A DNA stretch of 64,000 nucleotides from a virus: positions 3,048-67,047 of the IMG/VR virus record IMGVR_UViG_3300026487_000009, one strand, 5' to 3'. Within the stretch, counting starts at the first letter, position 1. The number at the start of each line of letters is the position of its first letter. The position numbers and the translations under genes were made by a program. Shown piece by piece: positions 28,867 to 38,365 of this stretch. The notes under the pieces were generated by a model. The model worked only from the letters and a program-made list of their open reading frames with translations. It had not been told where the DNA came from and made no database searches.

Positions 28867-29604
28867 ATGACAAAGCAACCGACTGGCGGGGCATTAATGG
28901 CCCGCGCTACCCCAGCAGATATTGAGCGCTCCTCGGCGGTAACCCGCGCCGCTCAGCGTCTTCAGTACAGCTGGTGGACGCCTGCAAAGGCTGCCCCTTC
29001 GATTGATTCGATAAGTGATATCCCGCGTGAATGGCGCCTGTTCTTTGGTCGCTGTGTACAACTGATCGTCGATAACGGCTCTTACAACCGTATCAACGAT
29101 GGCTATCTTTCTCTTTTGTCTGCGACCGACCCGGACAAAGAATACCTGGCATTGCACCCCTCATTGCGTGAATCGCTGAGCCTTTCGTCGCTTGTTCCTG
29201 TTTACGAGTCAGCGCTTCAGGAAGCGAACCAAAAAATCTCGCAATTGTACGACATCATTTTTCAGGAAATCCCTGGCCTTTCCCCGTCGCTTAAAGGCGC
29301 CCCGGATCTTTCCGCTGAATATGAAAACGAACTGCGCAGCGAACTGCGCGAGCTGCTTAACGAGCATATGGTCAGCGCCCTGGCTGTCGATGAGTCTGCG
29401 ACCGACTTACCAGAATCGTCCTGGCTTAAGCAGACATGGCCAGCGGAAGTAAGCGTCGTTTTTTCCGCCGTTCCTGGCGCGGATGCGCTGAGCGAGCATC
29501 ACAAACATCGCCTCAATAGCCACATAAACCGCATGTTGCTTGAGCGCATGCCCACCGCCAGCATCATAAATGCGGCCACCAGCCTGATAAAAGGGATGGA
29601 ATAA
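28867..29604 (+). CDS. Hypothetical phage protein
   Basis: 245-aa ORF heading the operon. Confidence 0.65.
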   Translation: MTKQPTGGALMARATPADIERSSAVTRAAQRLQYSWWTPAKAAPSIDSISDIPREWRLFFGRCVQLIVDNGSYNRINDGYLSLLSATDPDKEYLALHPSLRESLSLSSLVPVYESALQEANQKISQLYDIIFQEIPGLSPSLKGAPDLSAEYENELRSELRELLNEHMVSALAVDESATDLPESSWLKQTWPAEVSVVFSAVPGADALSEHHKHRLNSHINRMLLERMPTASIINAATSLIKGME

Positions 29605-29608
29605 GACC

Positions 29609-31651
29609 ATGAAAACGAGAGAAATCATTGTTGATAATTTTGCTGGTGGCGGTGGCGCATCAACGGGCATTGAACTGGCTACGGGGCGTAGCGTGCATAT
29701 CGCTATCAACCACGATACCAACGCGATCGCAATGCACTCGACTAACCACCCTGAAACCGTGCACTACTGCGAGTCAGTGTTCGATATTAACCCTGTCCAG
29801 GCATGTGCTGGTAAGCCGGTTGGCCTGGCCTGGTTTTCGCCAGACTGCCGCCATTTTTCTAAAGCAAAAGGCGGTAAGCCGGTTGAGAAAGAGATCCGCG
29901 GTCTGGCATGGATCGTTATCCGTTGGGCTATGGCTGTTCGCCCACGCGTAATGATGCTTGAGAACGTTGAGGAATTTAAGACATGGGGGCCGCTTATCAC
30001 AACCGGCGCCAGCCCTGAGTTGCCAGCCGAGGAGTTACCTAATTTTTGTGGTCCCGCCTGGCCGGGATACTGCTTCCCTGATCCTGAGCGCGCCGGTGAA
30101 ACCTTTAATGCGTTCGTCGGCATGCTGTCCGCAGGGATAAGCGCTGATCACCCGGCGCTGCAGGAGTGTTGCGATTTTTTAGAAATCAGCACAGATAGCA
30201 TCCAGGCGCAGCAGCTGGTGAACGGGCTCGGTTACAAGGTCGATTTTCGTGAGCTGCGCGCGTGTGACTATGGCACTCCAACGATTCGTAAGCGCTTCTT
30301 TATGGTCATGCGCTGCGACAACCAGCCGATCGTCTGGCCAGCTGTAACCCACGGCGATCCTAAAACAGCTGCCGTTAAAAGTGGCCTGCTACAGCCATGG
30401 CGCACCGCGGCGGAATGTATCGACTGGTCAATCATCGCGCCTTCTATCTTTGGCCGCAAAAAGGCATTGGCGGAGAACACGCTTAAACGCATTGCTCGCG
30501 GCATTCAGCGCTTCGTTATTGATAGCGACACGCCATTCATCGTGAAGTGCAACCACACAGGTGCTGGTTATGACGTTTTCCGTGGGCAGGATATTCAGGA
30601 ACCACTGCAAACCATCACGAAGAAACATGGTTACGCGATCGCGGTACCGCATCTGACAAAATTCCGCACCGGCGCGACCGGACAGCCAGTTACTGAACCG
30701 GTACCAACGGTAACTGCTGGCGCGTCAGCGCGCCCAGGCGGGAATGGGCATGCGCTGGGCATTGTAGATGCCACGCTGGCACCTTTCATGGCCGGTAACG
30801 GCGGCAGCGAGTACCAGGCGAAGCCGCGCCCACTTGATAAACCCGTTCATACCATCCTGAAAGAGTCTCGGGCATGTGTTGTTGCGCCAGTTATTGCCCG
30901 GCAGTTCGGGGCCAGCATTGGCCACCGCGCTGACGAGCCGAGCGCGACGATCACCGCGGGCGGCGGCGGGAAGAGTCAGCTTATTACTCCGACGCTCATC
31001 CAGGTTGGTTATGGCGAGCGACCAGGGCAGGCGCCCCGGGTTCCCGGGCTGGATAAGCCGCTGGGCACCGTTGTTGCTGGTGGTGGTAAGCATGCGGTCA
31101 TTGGCGCTTTTCTGGCGAAGCACTATGGCGGGAATTATCAGGGCGCCGGGGTGGGCATGGATGAGCCTATGCATTCCGTGACGACGGTAGATCACCACGC
31201 CGCAGTAACGTCACATCTGGTCATGCTTCGCGGCACCTGCCGGGACGGACGGGTGGTAGATGCTCCGGCGCCAGGATTAACCGCTGGTGGCCTGCATGTA
31301 GGAAGCGTCGAAGCCAGTCTTGCAACTGATGGGTATGACGAGCAACGCGCAGCGCAGACGCTGGCATTTCTGCGCCAATACTGCGGCGAGGATTCTGACG
31401 GGCTGGTGACTATAGATGGCGTGGTGTACCGCATTGTCGATATCGGCATGCGCATGCTGCAGCCCAAAGAACTCTATCGGGCCCAGGGTTTCCCGGACTG
31501 GTACATCATCGATCGCGATTTCCGCGGCACCAAATACGCAAAAGACAAGCAAGTGGCGCGTTGTGGCAATGCCGTCCCTCCGCAGCTGGTTGAGGCACTC
31601 GTCAGAGCCAACCTCCCGGATATGTGCCAGCTGACCGATCAGGTTGCATAA
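29609..31651 (+). CDS. DNA (cytosine-5) methyltransferase with long repetitive variable region
   Basis: DNFAGGGG (I), FSPDC (IV), ENV (VI), T.RKRFF (VIII) and CGNAV (X); repeated P..TVTAG units. Confidence 0.92.
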   Translation: MKTREIIVDNFAGGGGASTGIELATGRSVHIAINHDTNAIAMHSTNHPETVHYCESVFDINPVQACAGKPVGLAWFSPDCRHFSKAKGGKPVEKEIRGLAWIVIRWAMAVRPRVMMLENVEEFKTWGPLITTGASPELPAEELPNFCGPAWPGYCFPDPERAGETFNAFVGMLSAGISADHPALQECCDFLEISTDSIQAQQLVNGLGYKVDFRELRACDYGTPTIRKRFFMVMRCDNQPIVWPAVTHGDPKTAAVKSGLLQPWRTAAECIDWSIIAPSIFGRKKALAENTLKRIARGIQRFVIDSDTPFIVKCNHTGAGYDVFRGQDIQEPLQTITKKHGYAIAVPHLTKFRTGATGQPVTEPVPTVTAGASARPGGNGHALGIVDATLAPFMAGNGGSEYQAKPRPLDKPVHTILKESRACVVAPVIARQFGASIGHRADEPSATITAGGGGKSQLITPTLIQVGYGERPGQAPRVPGLDKPLGTVVAGGGKHAVIGAFLAKHYGGNYQGAGVGMDEPMHSVTTVDHHAAVTSHLVMLRGTCRDGRVVDAPAPGLTAGGLHVGSVEASLATDGYDEQRAAQTLAFLRQYCGEDSDGLVTIDGVVYRIVDIGMRMLQPKELYRAQGFPDWYIIDRDFRGTKYAKDKQVARCGNAVPPQLVEALVRANLPDMCQLTDQVA

Positions 31652-31665
31652 CGGGGAATGACAAG

Positions 31666-32322
31666 ATGAAAAAGCCATTAAGCGATCGCTTCTACATGAT
31701 GTGCCTGCGGGAAACCGTGGGCAGTAATGCCTCATTCCATCGTCAGGACGGCAAGGGTTACAGCACCAACGTCAGCGAGGCACATGTTTATACGCTGGCC
31801 GAAGCGCAACGGGACTGGGAACTAGGCCGTGAAATCGATCAGCCGGTTTCCGCCGATGCTGTCGATGCGCTGACGGTATTTCACGTTGACCATCAGCACA
31901 TCCCAGGCGAAAGCGTGATAGAGCCGTGCTGCACTGAGTATGTCGCTTTTCTCAAGGGCGAATGGAACGGTAACGACGTGTACTGGTTATCGGATCTGTT
32001 GCCAACCGATGATTTCAGCAAAGCCCGGGTATTCAGCGAACCGGTCACTCAAGAGCGCAATCTTGTCTGGCTGCCCCGCGCGCTGGCTGAGGCCAAAAAA
32101 CGCCCGACGTTCAATATCAACCTGCTGAATCCCCGCCAGATGATCCAGGGCGCAGGCCTTCGAGTTCCTGACTGGTTAAAGAAACAGAGAAGGCGCAAGG
32201 CACCCAGCGATAAGGTCCGTTGGAACTGTCCGCACTGCGGAAGAATTACCTGGCAGTACAACCCTTACGATTTTGAAGGGTGTAACGACATCACCTGCGA
32301 GGGCTGGAGGCGCCCATGGTGA
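31666..32322 (+). CDS. Hypothetical phage protein with C-terminal Zn ribbon
   Basis: CPHC...C...C; GY.TN..EAHVYT. Confidence 0.7.
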   Translation: MKKPLSDRFYMMCLRETVGSNASFHRQDGKGYSTNVSEAHVYTLAEAQRDWELGREIDQPVSADAVDALTVFHVDHQHIPGESVIEPCCTEYVAFLKGEWNGNDVYWLSDLLPTDDFSKARVFSEPVTQERNLVWLPRALAEAKKRPTFNINLLNPRQMIQGAGLRVPDWLKKQRRRKAPSDKVRWNCPHCGRITWQYNPYDFEGCNDITCEGWRRPW

Positions 32323-32678
32323 GTTCCAGCGAGCAAATGGATAAAGACCAGCAGGCTGCGCTGCACCGCCAGCTGGTTCGCCTCGGAGACATGATTGGTG
32401 ATGGGCTGGCTGATGAGCCTGGCGGGCGCTGGATCCGCCAGGAGTATCGACGAGTCATGAGGGCTTTAGGGCATGAGGTGCCGCGGCGCCGTCGGCCACC
32501 AGATCCACAAATGACCGAGCAGATAAACACCAGAATGAGCCAGCGTATCACAGAAGTTAAATGCCCTGTCTGCCAGACCCTCAGCCTTAAGCAATCCAGA
32601 TCGGGATCCATGAGGGCAAATTGTCAGAGTTGTGGGCGAAGTATCCAGTTACTCAGGAAAGGCAGGGCAAAAAAATGA
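32316..32678 (+). CDS. Zn-ribbon protein (possibly P1 PmgV-like)
   Basis: RQLVRLGDM.GDGL..EPGG.WI; CPVC...CQSC. Confidence 0.65.
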   Translation: MVSSSEQMDKDQQAALHRQLVRLGDMIGDGLADEPGGRWIRQEYRRVMRALGHEVPRRRRPPDPQMTEQINTRMSQRITEVKCPVCQTLSLKQSRSGSMRANCQSCGRSIQLLRKGRAKK

Positions 32679-33046
32679 CCGAACAGAGACTTACGATATC
32701 AGCGCTACAGGATATGCAAGCCATCATGGCCGCCGCTCAACATCCACACGTCGCTCAAGCGATCGGTGAGCTGATCACCCTGCGTGAACTGGAAGAGCGC
32801 ATAGAGGCGGTAATGAAGCCAGATTGCCCGGGGTTTGAGTCTGCGTGCAGAGCACTGTGGGATCGTGAACCGCATCATCTCCTTGCCCGTCACGGTTATC
32901 CAGTGGATTTCGATTCCCAACCGGCGGCCATAAAAGCCGGACTTAAACGCCAGGTTATGACGGTGCTGAGGACAATTTCCGCAGAGGTGAAAGGTGGTGA
33001 ACTGGCTGAAATCTATCTTAAGCAACAACCCGGAGCGAAATCATGA
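32675..33046 (+). CDS. Hypothetical protein
   Basis: ATGA-coupled in operon. Confidence 0.6.
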   Translation: MTEQRLTISALQDMQAIMAAAQHPHVAQAIGELITLRELEERIEAVMKPDCPGFESACRALWDREPHHLLARHGYPVDFDSQPAAIKAGLKRQVMTVLRTISAEVKGGELAEIYLKQQPGAKS

Positions 33047-33246
33047 GCAAAGTTAAAACCCATACCGGCATCGTCGTAACCAAAGACGGCGATAAAAAAG
33101 TGAAGCTGCATGAGACGCCGACGACCTGGTGTGCAGGCCCACGAGAAACCTACCGCAAAGAAGATGGTCGCCGCAGCGGGGCACCGATGACCGCCCGCCG
33201 CCTGAAGCTGGCCACCATCAAACCCATTGCCGGTGATAACGCATGA
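33043..33246 (+). CDS. Small phage hypothetical protein
   Basis: ATGA-coupled, GGAG SD. Confidence 0.65.
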   Translation: MSKVKTHTGIVVTKDGDKKVKLHETPTTWCAGPRETYRKEDGRRSGAPMTARRLKLATIKPIAGDNA

Positions 33247-33482
33247 TCACCGGTCGCTATGTCCTGTATCTGACCTGCGATTGCCGTGACTGCGCCGAGC
33301 TGAAGGCGCTGGCTACCGAGATCGGGGTTGGCTCGCTGGTAAAGCCAAAGCTGGAAGTGTTTGAAAGCACGTCTCGCACCGCAGCACACGAAAAAGCCAT
33401 CGAAGCGGGCTGGCAAATCAGCAAAAACCGTGAACGCGCAACCGCGCCGGGCCATATCAGAGCAAGAAGGAAAAAATCATGA
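33243..33482 (+). CDS. Small Cys-containing hypothetical protein
   Basis: CDC..C; ATGA-coupled. Confidence 0.6.
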   Translation: MITGRYVLYLTCDCRDCAELKALATEIGVGSLVKPKLEVFESTSRTAAHEKAIEAGWQISKNRERATAPGHIRARRKKS

Positions 33483-34075
33483 CCCAATTAAAAAACGAAC
33501 GCCTTGAACTCATCCGTGACGTTACGGTTTCCCCTGAGGTAAGGGCAATGGCATGTGAGCTGCTGGAGTTGCGTGCCCAAAATGCAAAGCTGGTGGCGGA
33601 GAGCGCGGCCCTGAAATCAGGCTGCTCGTTTTTCTCATACGGCTCTGAGCACAATTTCGAATGGCATAAAACGGCAGAGGAAGCGATTGAATCAGCAGAG
33701 GGGGCCATTGCCGACTATCGCGGCGAGGCCTGCGATGGCTGGAGTGAAGAGGTAGACAGCGTTTGCTGGGGTTTAATCATACAGACCGCCACAAAAGTTG
33801 GCGAGCGCCCGCGCACAGAAGATGACAGCTGCGATCCGGCGATCGCTACGGTTTGCGATTACGCCCTGTTGCCAAATATCGATTATGCCGAGGCTGGTAC
33901 TTTCTTTGCGGCAGTGCAGGCTCAGGGGGTGGAGAGGTTCGCGAAGCACAACGATGAATGGGCCGAGCATTATGAAAAGCAAGGCGCTCGCGATGGAAGT
34001 GCGGATCGCCGTCGGAGCATCGCTAACGACGCTCATCGTTTTGCCGCCAGACTTCGCCAGGAGGAAGCCCTGTGA
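33479..34075 (+). CDS. Ead/Eaa-like early protein
   Basis: L..ERLE..EV.AMA.ELL..R; C-terminal V.AQG...FA..LRQE. Confidence 0.6.
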   Translation: MTQLKNERLELIRDVTVSPEVRAMACELLELRAQNAKLVAESAALKSGCSFFSYGSEHNFEWHKTAEEAIESAEGAIADYRGEACDGWSEEVDSVCWGLIIQTATKVGERPRTEDDSCDPAIATVCDYALLPNIDYAEAGTFFAAVQAQGVERFAKHNDEWAEHYEKQGARDGSADRRRSIANDAHRFAARLRQEEAL

Positions 34076-34794
34076 GCCAGCGCCGCGAACGCGACCTTAT
34101 GTGTCGCTTCATATCGGAGGTATGCCATCACCGCATGACCGTCCTGCAGGATAACGACGTATACCGCCACCTGCGTTTCAAGGAGCCCGGCACCTCTTGT
34201 TATTACTTCGACATCGTCACCTGGCCCGGGTATCTGGCCGTCACCGGCGATATGGGAACGTGGACGTTCAGCCGCAATCACGACATGTTCAGATTCTTTG
34301 GGGGAGCCTTTGAAAAGGGGATCAATGCGGGCTACTGGTCTGAAAAGCTGGAAGCTGGTGCGGGCCGTTCAGCGCATGACGTCCTGGCGCAGGAATACGA
34401 TCACGATGAATTTTGCGTGAGCCTGAAAGAACAGCTCAGCTCTTACTTTGAAGAGGGCGAAGAAGATGTGACGGACGTTGACTGGGACGACGAAAGCGAC
34501 GAGCCGGACAGCGACAAGGCCCGCATTCGTGAAATCGTACGCGACCTGTGCCGTGAGGACTACCGAAGCGACGTATTAGCGTATCACGCCGTTTATGAAG
34601 CGTACTGGCCTAAGTGTGTGGATACATGGGAGCTGTGCAGCGACATAACCTACAAAAAATACAGTGTCCACTTCCTCTGGATTCTTCATGCAATCGTCTG
34701 GGGTATCGGTAAATACCACAACTCGAAGCTGGTGGACCGGGCTATGGCCACCAGCCTGGCATTCAATAATATTCGCGGGGAGGCCGCACAATGA
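34072..34794 (+). CDS. Conserved phage hypothetical protein
   Basis: YRHLRF..PG...Y.FDIVTWPG.L..TGDMG.W.F. Confidence 0.7.
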   Translation: MSQRRERDLMCRFISEVCHHRMTVLQDNDVYRHLRFKEPGTSCYYFDIVTWPGYLAVTGDMGTWTFSRNHDMFRFFGGAFEKGINAGYWSEKLEAGAGRSAHDVLAQEYDHDEFCVSLKEQLSSYFEEGEEDVTDVDWDDESDEPDSDKARIREIVRDLCREDYRSDVLAYHAVYEAYWPKCVDTWELCSDITYKKYSVHFLWILHAIVWGIGKYHNSKLVDRAMATSLAFNNIRGEAAQ

Positions 34795-35702
34795 GCAAGT
34801 TAACCGATAGCTTCATCCTGAGAGCGGTATGGTATGCCGTTCTTAAGAAATTGCCGGTGGCCGTTACGCAAAACTACTTCGGAGATGGGCGCATTGTCGG
34901 GCTTTGCCCAAATGAACAAAGCTGGATGCGCAGCAGCACGCAAATTTGCACCAGCTCCCGTAAGTCTCTGGGCCTTACGCTCAGCGAAGGCCAGTCCATG
35001 ATCCGCATTAAAAAGCTGATCGCGGCGGGGCGGCTGGTGCGAGAAAGCGCGCTGTCGGGCGGGACGTTTTATTTCTGGCTGCCGGGCAACATCAACCAGG
35101 CGGCTTTCGAGCGCTGCCTGCAGCTGATGCACGACGAGGGATTAACGGAAAAAGCAGCCACCATCGCTAATTACGATGAGATTGTGAAACGGGTGCGCGA
35201 AAAGCTCATGGCGGAGTTTGGGGAGATCGAGCTGTCCGCAGATCTGGAGATCTCCGGCAAAACCGAGCAGGCGAAGAGCCTCCCACAAGATACGGGTTTT
35301 CGGCCTGATGGTGGCGACATTGGGACGGGCCGTATCAGAGAAATAGCGAACAACCCATACGGCGACGAAGAGAAGTGGCGGATGGCGAAGTTGCTGCTGC
35401 GCTTCATGGGTGAGGATAAAGACTGTCTACCGCGCGCCGCCGAGGCAGTAACGCTGGCACCACTTAACGACGATCTAATTGAAATTCTCGGACGCCCGAA
35501 CTTCCTGTGCAGCCCGATCGCTGAATGCCTGCGCATCGGTGGCGCTGACATTATGCGTAAGGCAGAACACGAGCAGGCGGCGGCTATTCACTGGATGCTC
35601 AACCTCTATCTTACCCACGGTAGCGAGTGGCGCAGTGCCGCGCATGCCGAGCTGCAGCTGATTGACGCGAGCAACCAGCCTGCTCAGGAGGCTGCACAAT
35701 GA
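34791..35702 (+). CDS. Mosaic hypothetical protein
   Basis: ATGA-coupled; C-terminal LGRPNF.C..IA..LR module. Confidence 0.65.
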   Translation: MSKLTDSFILRAVWYAVLKKLPVAVTQNYFGDGRIVGLCPNEQSWMRSSTQICTSSRKSLGLTLSEGQSMIRIKKLIAAGRLVRESALSGGTFYFWLPGNINQAAFERCLQLMHDEGLTEKAATIANYDEIVKRVREKLMAEFGEIELSADLEISGKTEQAKSLPQDTGFRPDGGDIGTGRIREIANNPYGDEEKWRMAKLLLRFMGEDKDCLPRAAEAVTLAPLNDDLIEILGRPNFLCSPIAECLRIGGADIMRKAEHEQAAAIHWMLNLYLTHGSEWRSAAHAELQLIDASNQPAQEAAQ

Positions 35703-36010
35703 GCACCATTATCTCAAAAAACCTACATATCACCATGCCCGACGACAGCGTGTGGGCGGTTCCCGTCCAGATGATCGCCACGCACCGCGCCGAGCATTAC
35801 GCCCCGGAGTTCGGCGGCGATGTCCAGCGCAGCCTGGCCGAAGACACCCTCCCGTTGTTCCGTTCGGACGATTACGAAATTAAGGACTGGGCCGCCAACA
35901 ACATGAACTGGGATGACGTTAAGCACGCTGCCCGCTGCGTGACGCCGGGTAGCGTGGACTACGACGAAGGCTGGGCCAACGGCGAAAAGAGTGTGGAGGA
36001 GGCGGAGTGA
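35699..36010 (+). CDS. Hypothetical protein
   Basis: MPD.SVWAVPV..IA..RA..YA; DWA.NNM.W. Confidence 0.65.
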   Translation: MSTIISKNLHITMPDDSVWAVPVQMIATHRAEHYAPEFGGDVQRSLAEDTLPLFRSDDYEIKDWAANNMNWDDVKHAARCVTPGSVDYDEGWANGEKSVEEAE

Positions 36011-36324
36011 GCCTCTTCCAGTGCGAAAATTGCGGGTGCTGTGAGAATACCGCGCTGTCCTCGCAGGGCTTTAAAGGCCCCTTTGCGGACTTTTTCGACT
36101 GGAGCTATGCGCCGGAACGCAGGGGCATGTTGCTGTGCTCGGTCTGCGGGCCGGTGAAGTTCGCCAGCGGTGAGGCGACCGAATACGGTCAGTGGCATAA
36201 CCGGTTCCCGCGCACCTTCCTGCCCAAAGGGCAGTTTGTCACGAACAGCGTCGGCAACCTCGCGCATCGTGAAACAGGCGATGAGGATTTTGCGAAGTAC
36301 GCAGTGGAGGCCGTTACACAATGA
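36007..36324 (+). CDS. Cys-rich hypothetical protein
   Basis: CENCGCCENT and LCS.C; GTGA-coupled. Confidence 0.65.
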   Translation: MSLFQCENCGCCENTALSSQGFKGPFADFFDWSYAPERRGMLLCSVCGPVKFASGEATEYGQWHNRFPRTFLPKGQFVTNSVGNLAHRETGDEDFAKYAVEAVTQ

Positions 36325-36602
36325 GCCAGAAGCTCACACTTCAATCAATGAACTTCAAACCAAAAATTCACAAATGGGGCGGCTGGTGGTGGTGCCAGGC
36401 GATCGGACTTCTAGGCGTGGGGGCCACGCCACGCGATGCATGGGAAGACATGCACGATGAATGGCGTAGGGATGATGTTTTTTCTGAGTTAACCGCCAGA
36501 CAACGTTTTCTTATCAGTAGTTTAGAAAACAGAAAGGTTATCCGATTAAGGAATGGTAATCGCCTCGCCATACAAAATATTCGTGACGGAGGAATTAAGT
36601 GA
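36321..36602 (+). CDS. Hypothetical protein
   Basis: ATGA-coupled. Confidence 0.55.
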   Translation: MSQKLTLQSMNFKPKIHKWGGWWWCQAIGLLGVGATPRDAWEDMHDEWRRDDVFSELTARQRFLISSLENRKVIRLRNGNRLAIQNIRDGGIK

Positions 36603-36712
36603 TAGCGACGATTGGAACGATTCTTGTCTGGGCGCTGATGATTATTGGCGGTATTGCCGGTGTGATTTGTGCAGTCGTCGGCTTAATGGTTTTGTGCAAC
36701 ATCAAACGGTAA
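36599..36712 (+). CDS. 37-aa membrane protein (not in ORF track)
   Basis: GTG behind GGAGG; MIATIGTILVWALMIIGGIAGVICAVVGLMVLCNIKR. Confidence 0.6.
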   Translation: MIATIGTILVWALMIIGGIAGVICAVVGLMVLCNIKR

Positions 36713-36722
36713 GGGCATCAGC

Positions 36723-37226
36723 ATGAACAACAGAGAGCAATTAGCGAAAGATAACGGGATGACCATCGAGTTCGTGAATTGGTTCTTCGACAACAAGAAG
36801 GACGGATGTGGAACCGCCTGGTTCATGATGATGGCCGCTATGTGGGAAGGGTGGAAAGCGCAGGAAGAAAATGGCACGGCGCTGGCTGCGGAGAATGCGA
36901 GGTTGAAGGCTAAGGGCCGAGAGCTGCTGGATGAGGCATGCAAGGTCTACGAGAAATTCAACACCACCATAAACCCGGAAACTGGTGATTTCATGGATGG
37001 GCAGACACTTCATGAGTTCCAGTTTGTACTGGATGTTGATACCCCGGCCACCGACGCCTTCATGGCTGAAGTTCGGGCGCAGGGTGCTGATGCAGTTGCT
37101 GACCAGCACAGGAGAAAATATGAAGAACTCAAGCCAATAAACGTGTTTTTCGCTGAAGAACACAAAGAAGCGCAGGGGGTTGCCGAATTTGTCGCCGCCC
37201 AACTGCGCCAGGAGGCAGCCCAATGA
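36723..37226 (+). CDS. Ead/Eaa-like early protein
   Basis: ALAAENARLK and TPATDAF.AEVRAQG. Confidence 0.65.
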   Translation: MNNREQLAKDNGMTIEFVNWFFDNKKDGCGTAWFMMMAAMWEGWKAQEENGTALAAENARLKAKGRELLDEACKVYEKFNTTINPETGDFMDGQTLHEFQFVLDVDTPATDAFMAEVRAQGADAVADQHRRKYEELKPINVFFAEEHKEAQGVAEFVAAQLRQEAAQ

Positions 37227-37624
37227 CCAACAAACAGGCGCTGCGTGAAGCGGCAATCAAAGCAAAAGAGTTAGGGAATATTTCACGATATACCAAAGCG
37301 ATGGTTGCCCGGTTGGAATTCAAAGAGGCGGCAACGCCGGATGCCGTGCTGGCTCTGCTGGATGAGCTGGATAATCGCGAAAAACTTCGAGCGGCAGCAA
37401 ACCGCGTTGTAAACCAGCAGGATATTGAGCTGCAGGAGCTTCGGCAGCGTGTGGCTGAGTTGGAGCAGAGCCACACGAAATTGCGTGAATCCATGGCTAC
37501 GATTCACAACACGATCCGCATGGATGGCGCGCAAACGTCACTGGCAGTAATTCTTAATGCTGCGAAGCGTGCGTATGACCAATCAGCTACTGCCGCTGGC
37601 ATCCGCACCAGCTGGGAGGGGTGA
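37223..37624 (+). CDS. Ead/Ea22-like protein
   Basis: KQALRE.A..A and A.P..VLALLDEL. Confidence 0.75.
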   Translation: MTNKQALREAAIKAKELGNISRYTKAMVARLEFKEAATPDAVLALLDELDNREKLRAAANRVVNQQDIELQELRQRVAELEQSHTKLRESMATIHNTIRMDGAQTSLAVILNAAKRAYDQSATAAGIRTSWEG

Positions 37625-37625
37625 T

Positions 37626-38051
37626 ATGGCTGCTGAGGCCAAAATTTATGAAACCCACCTGGCACCGGTAAACAAAATGGCGGCAATCGTAACGGGTAAG
37701 GGATTTGAGTATCAACCTGACTGCCAGATTAACGGTGATGAGTATATCGGGCCTCCAGAAACAGTGCCGGTGAAAGCGCTTGCTATGAATCCTTCTTTTG
37801 TTGATCTAACGGGCAGAAAGAAGGGGAGATTTACTGTAATTGGCCTGATGAAAGAGAAAAAGGGCAGTTGGGTAGTCAGGTGTGTGTGCGGAACGTATAC
37901 CACGCGCTCTGCAAAATCTATCAAAGGGGCGGACAGCAACCCTAATGCGCACTTGGATGCATGCCGCCGGTGCATGCACGAAGCGTATCGCAAGCGGGAA
38001 TACATTTACCGGACCACGGGAAAAGATGTCGATCTCTCGGAGGTATTTTGA
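37626..38051 (+). CDS. Hypothetical protein with Cys motifs
   Basis: DLTG.K.GR.TV.G, W..RC.CG and C..C. Confidence 0.6.
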   Translation: MAAEAKIYETHLAPVNKMAAIVTGKGFEYQPDCQINGDEYIGPPETVPVKALAMNPSFVDLTGRKKGRFTVIGLMKEKKGSWVVRCVCGTYTTRSAKSIKGADSNPNAHLDACRRCMHEAYRKREYIYRTTGKDVDLSEVF

Positions 38052-38365
38052 TGGCGGTTAAGAATCTTCAACTGGCCGTCAAAGGCGAATACTTCGACGC
38101 AATGAAGCGTGGCGAGAAGGTGGAAGAGTACCGCCTGGTCAATTCGTATTGGAGTAAGCGCCTGATTGAAGCAACCAGCGGTCTGCCGAGGGAGTTTGAT
38201 CGCCTGATCATCACAAAAGGTTACCCGGACCGAAATGACGAGAGCCGCCGAATCGATGTTCTCTACCGTGGCTACGAAATCAAGACAATCACACATCCGC
38301 ACTTTGGCCCCGCGCCGGTGAGGGTATTTGCGATAAAGGTATCGCTAAGGCTCACCCATGACTGA
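38051..38365 (+). CDS. ASCH-domain protein
   Basis: L.L..K..YFD...RGEK.EEYR....YW..RL. Confidence 0.85.
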   Translation: MAVKNLQLAVKGEYFDAMKRGEKVEEYRLVNSYWSKRLIEATSGLPREFDRLIITKGYPDRNDESRRIDVLYRGYEIKTITHPHFGPAPVRVFAIKVSLRLTHD

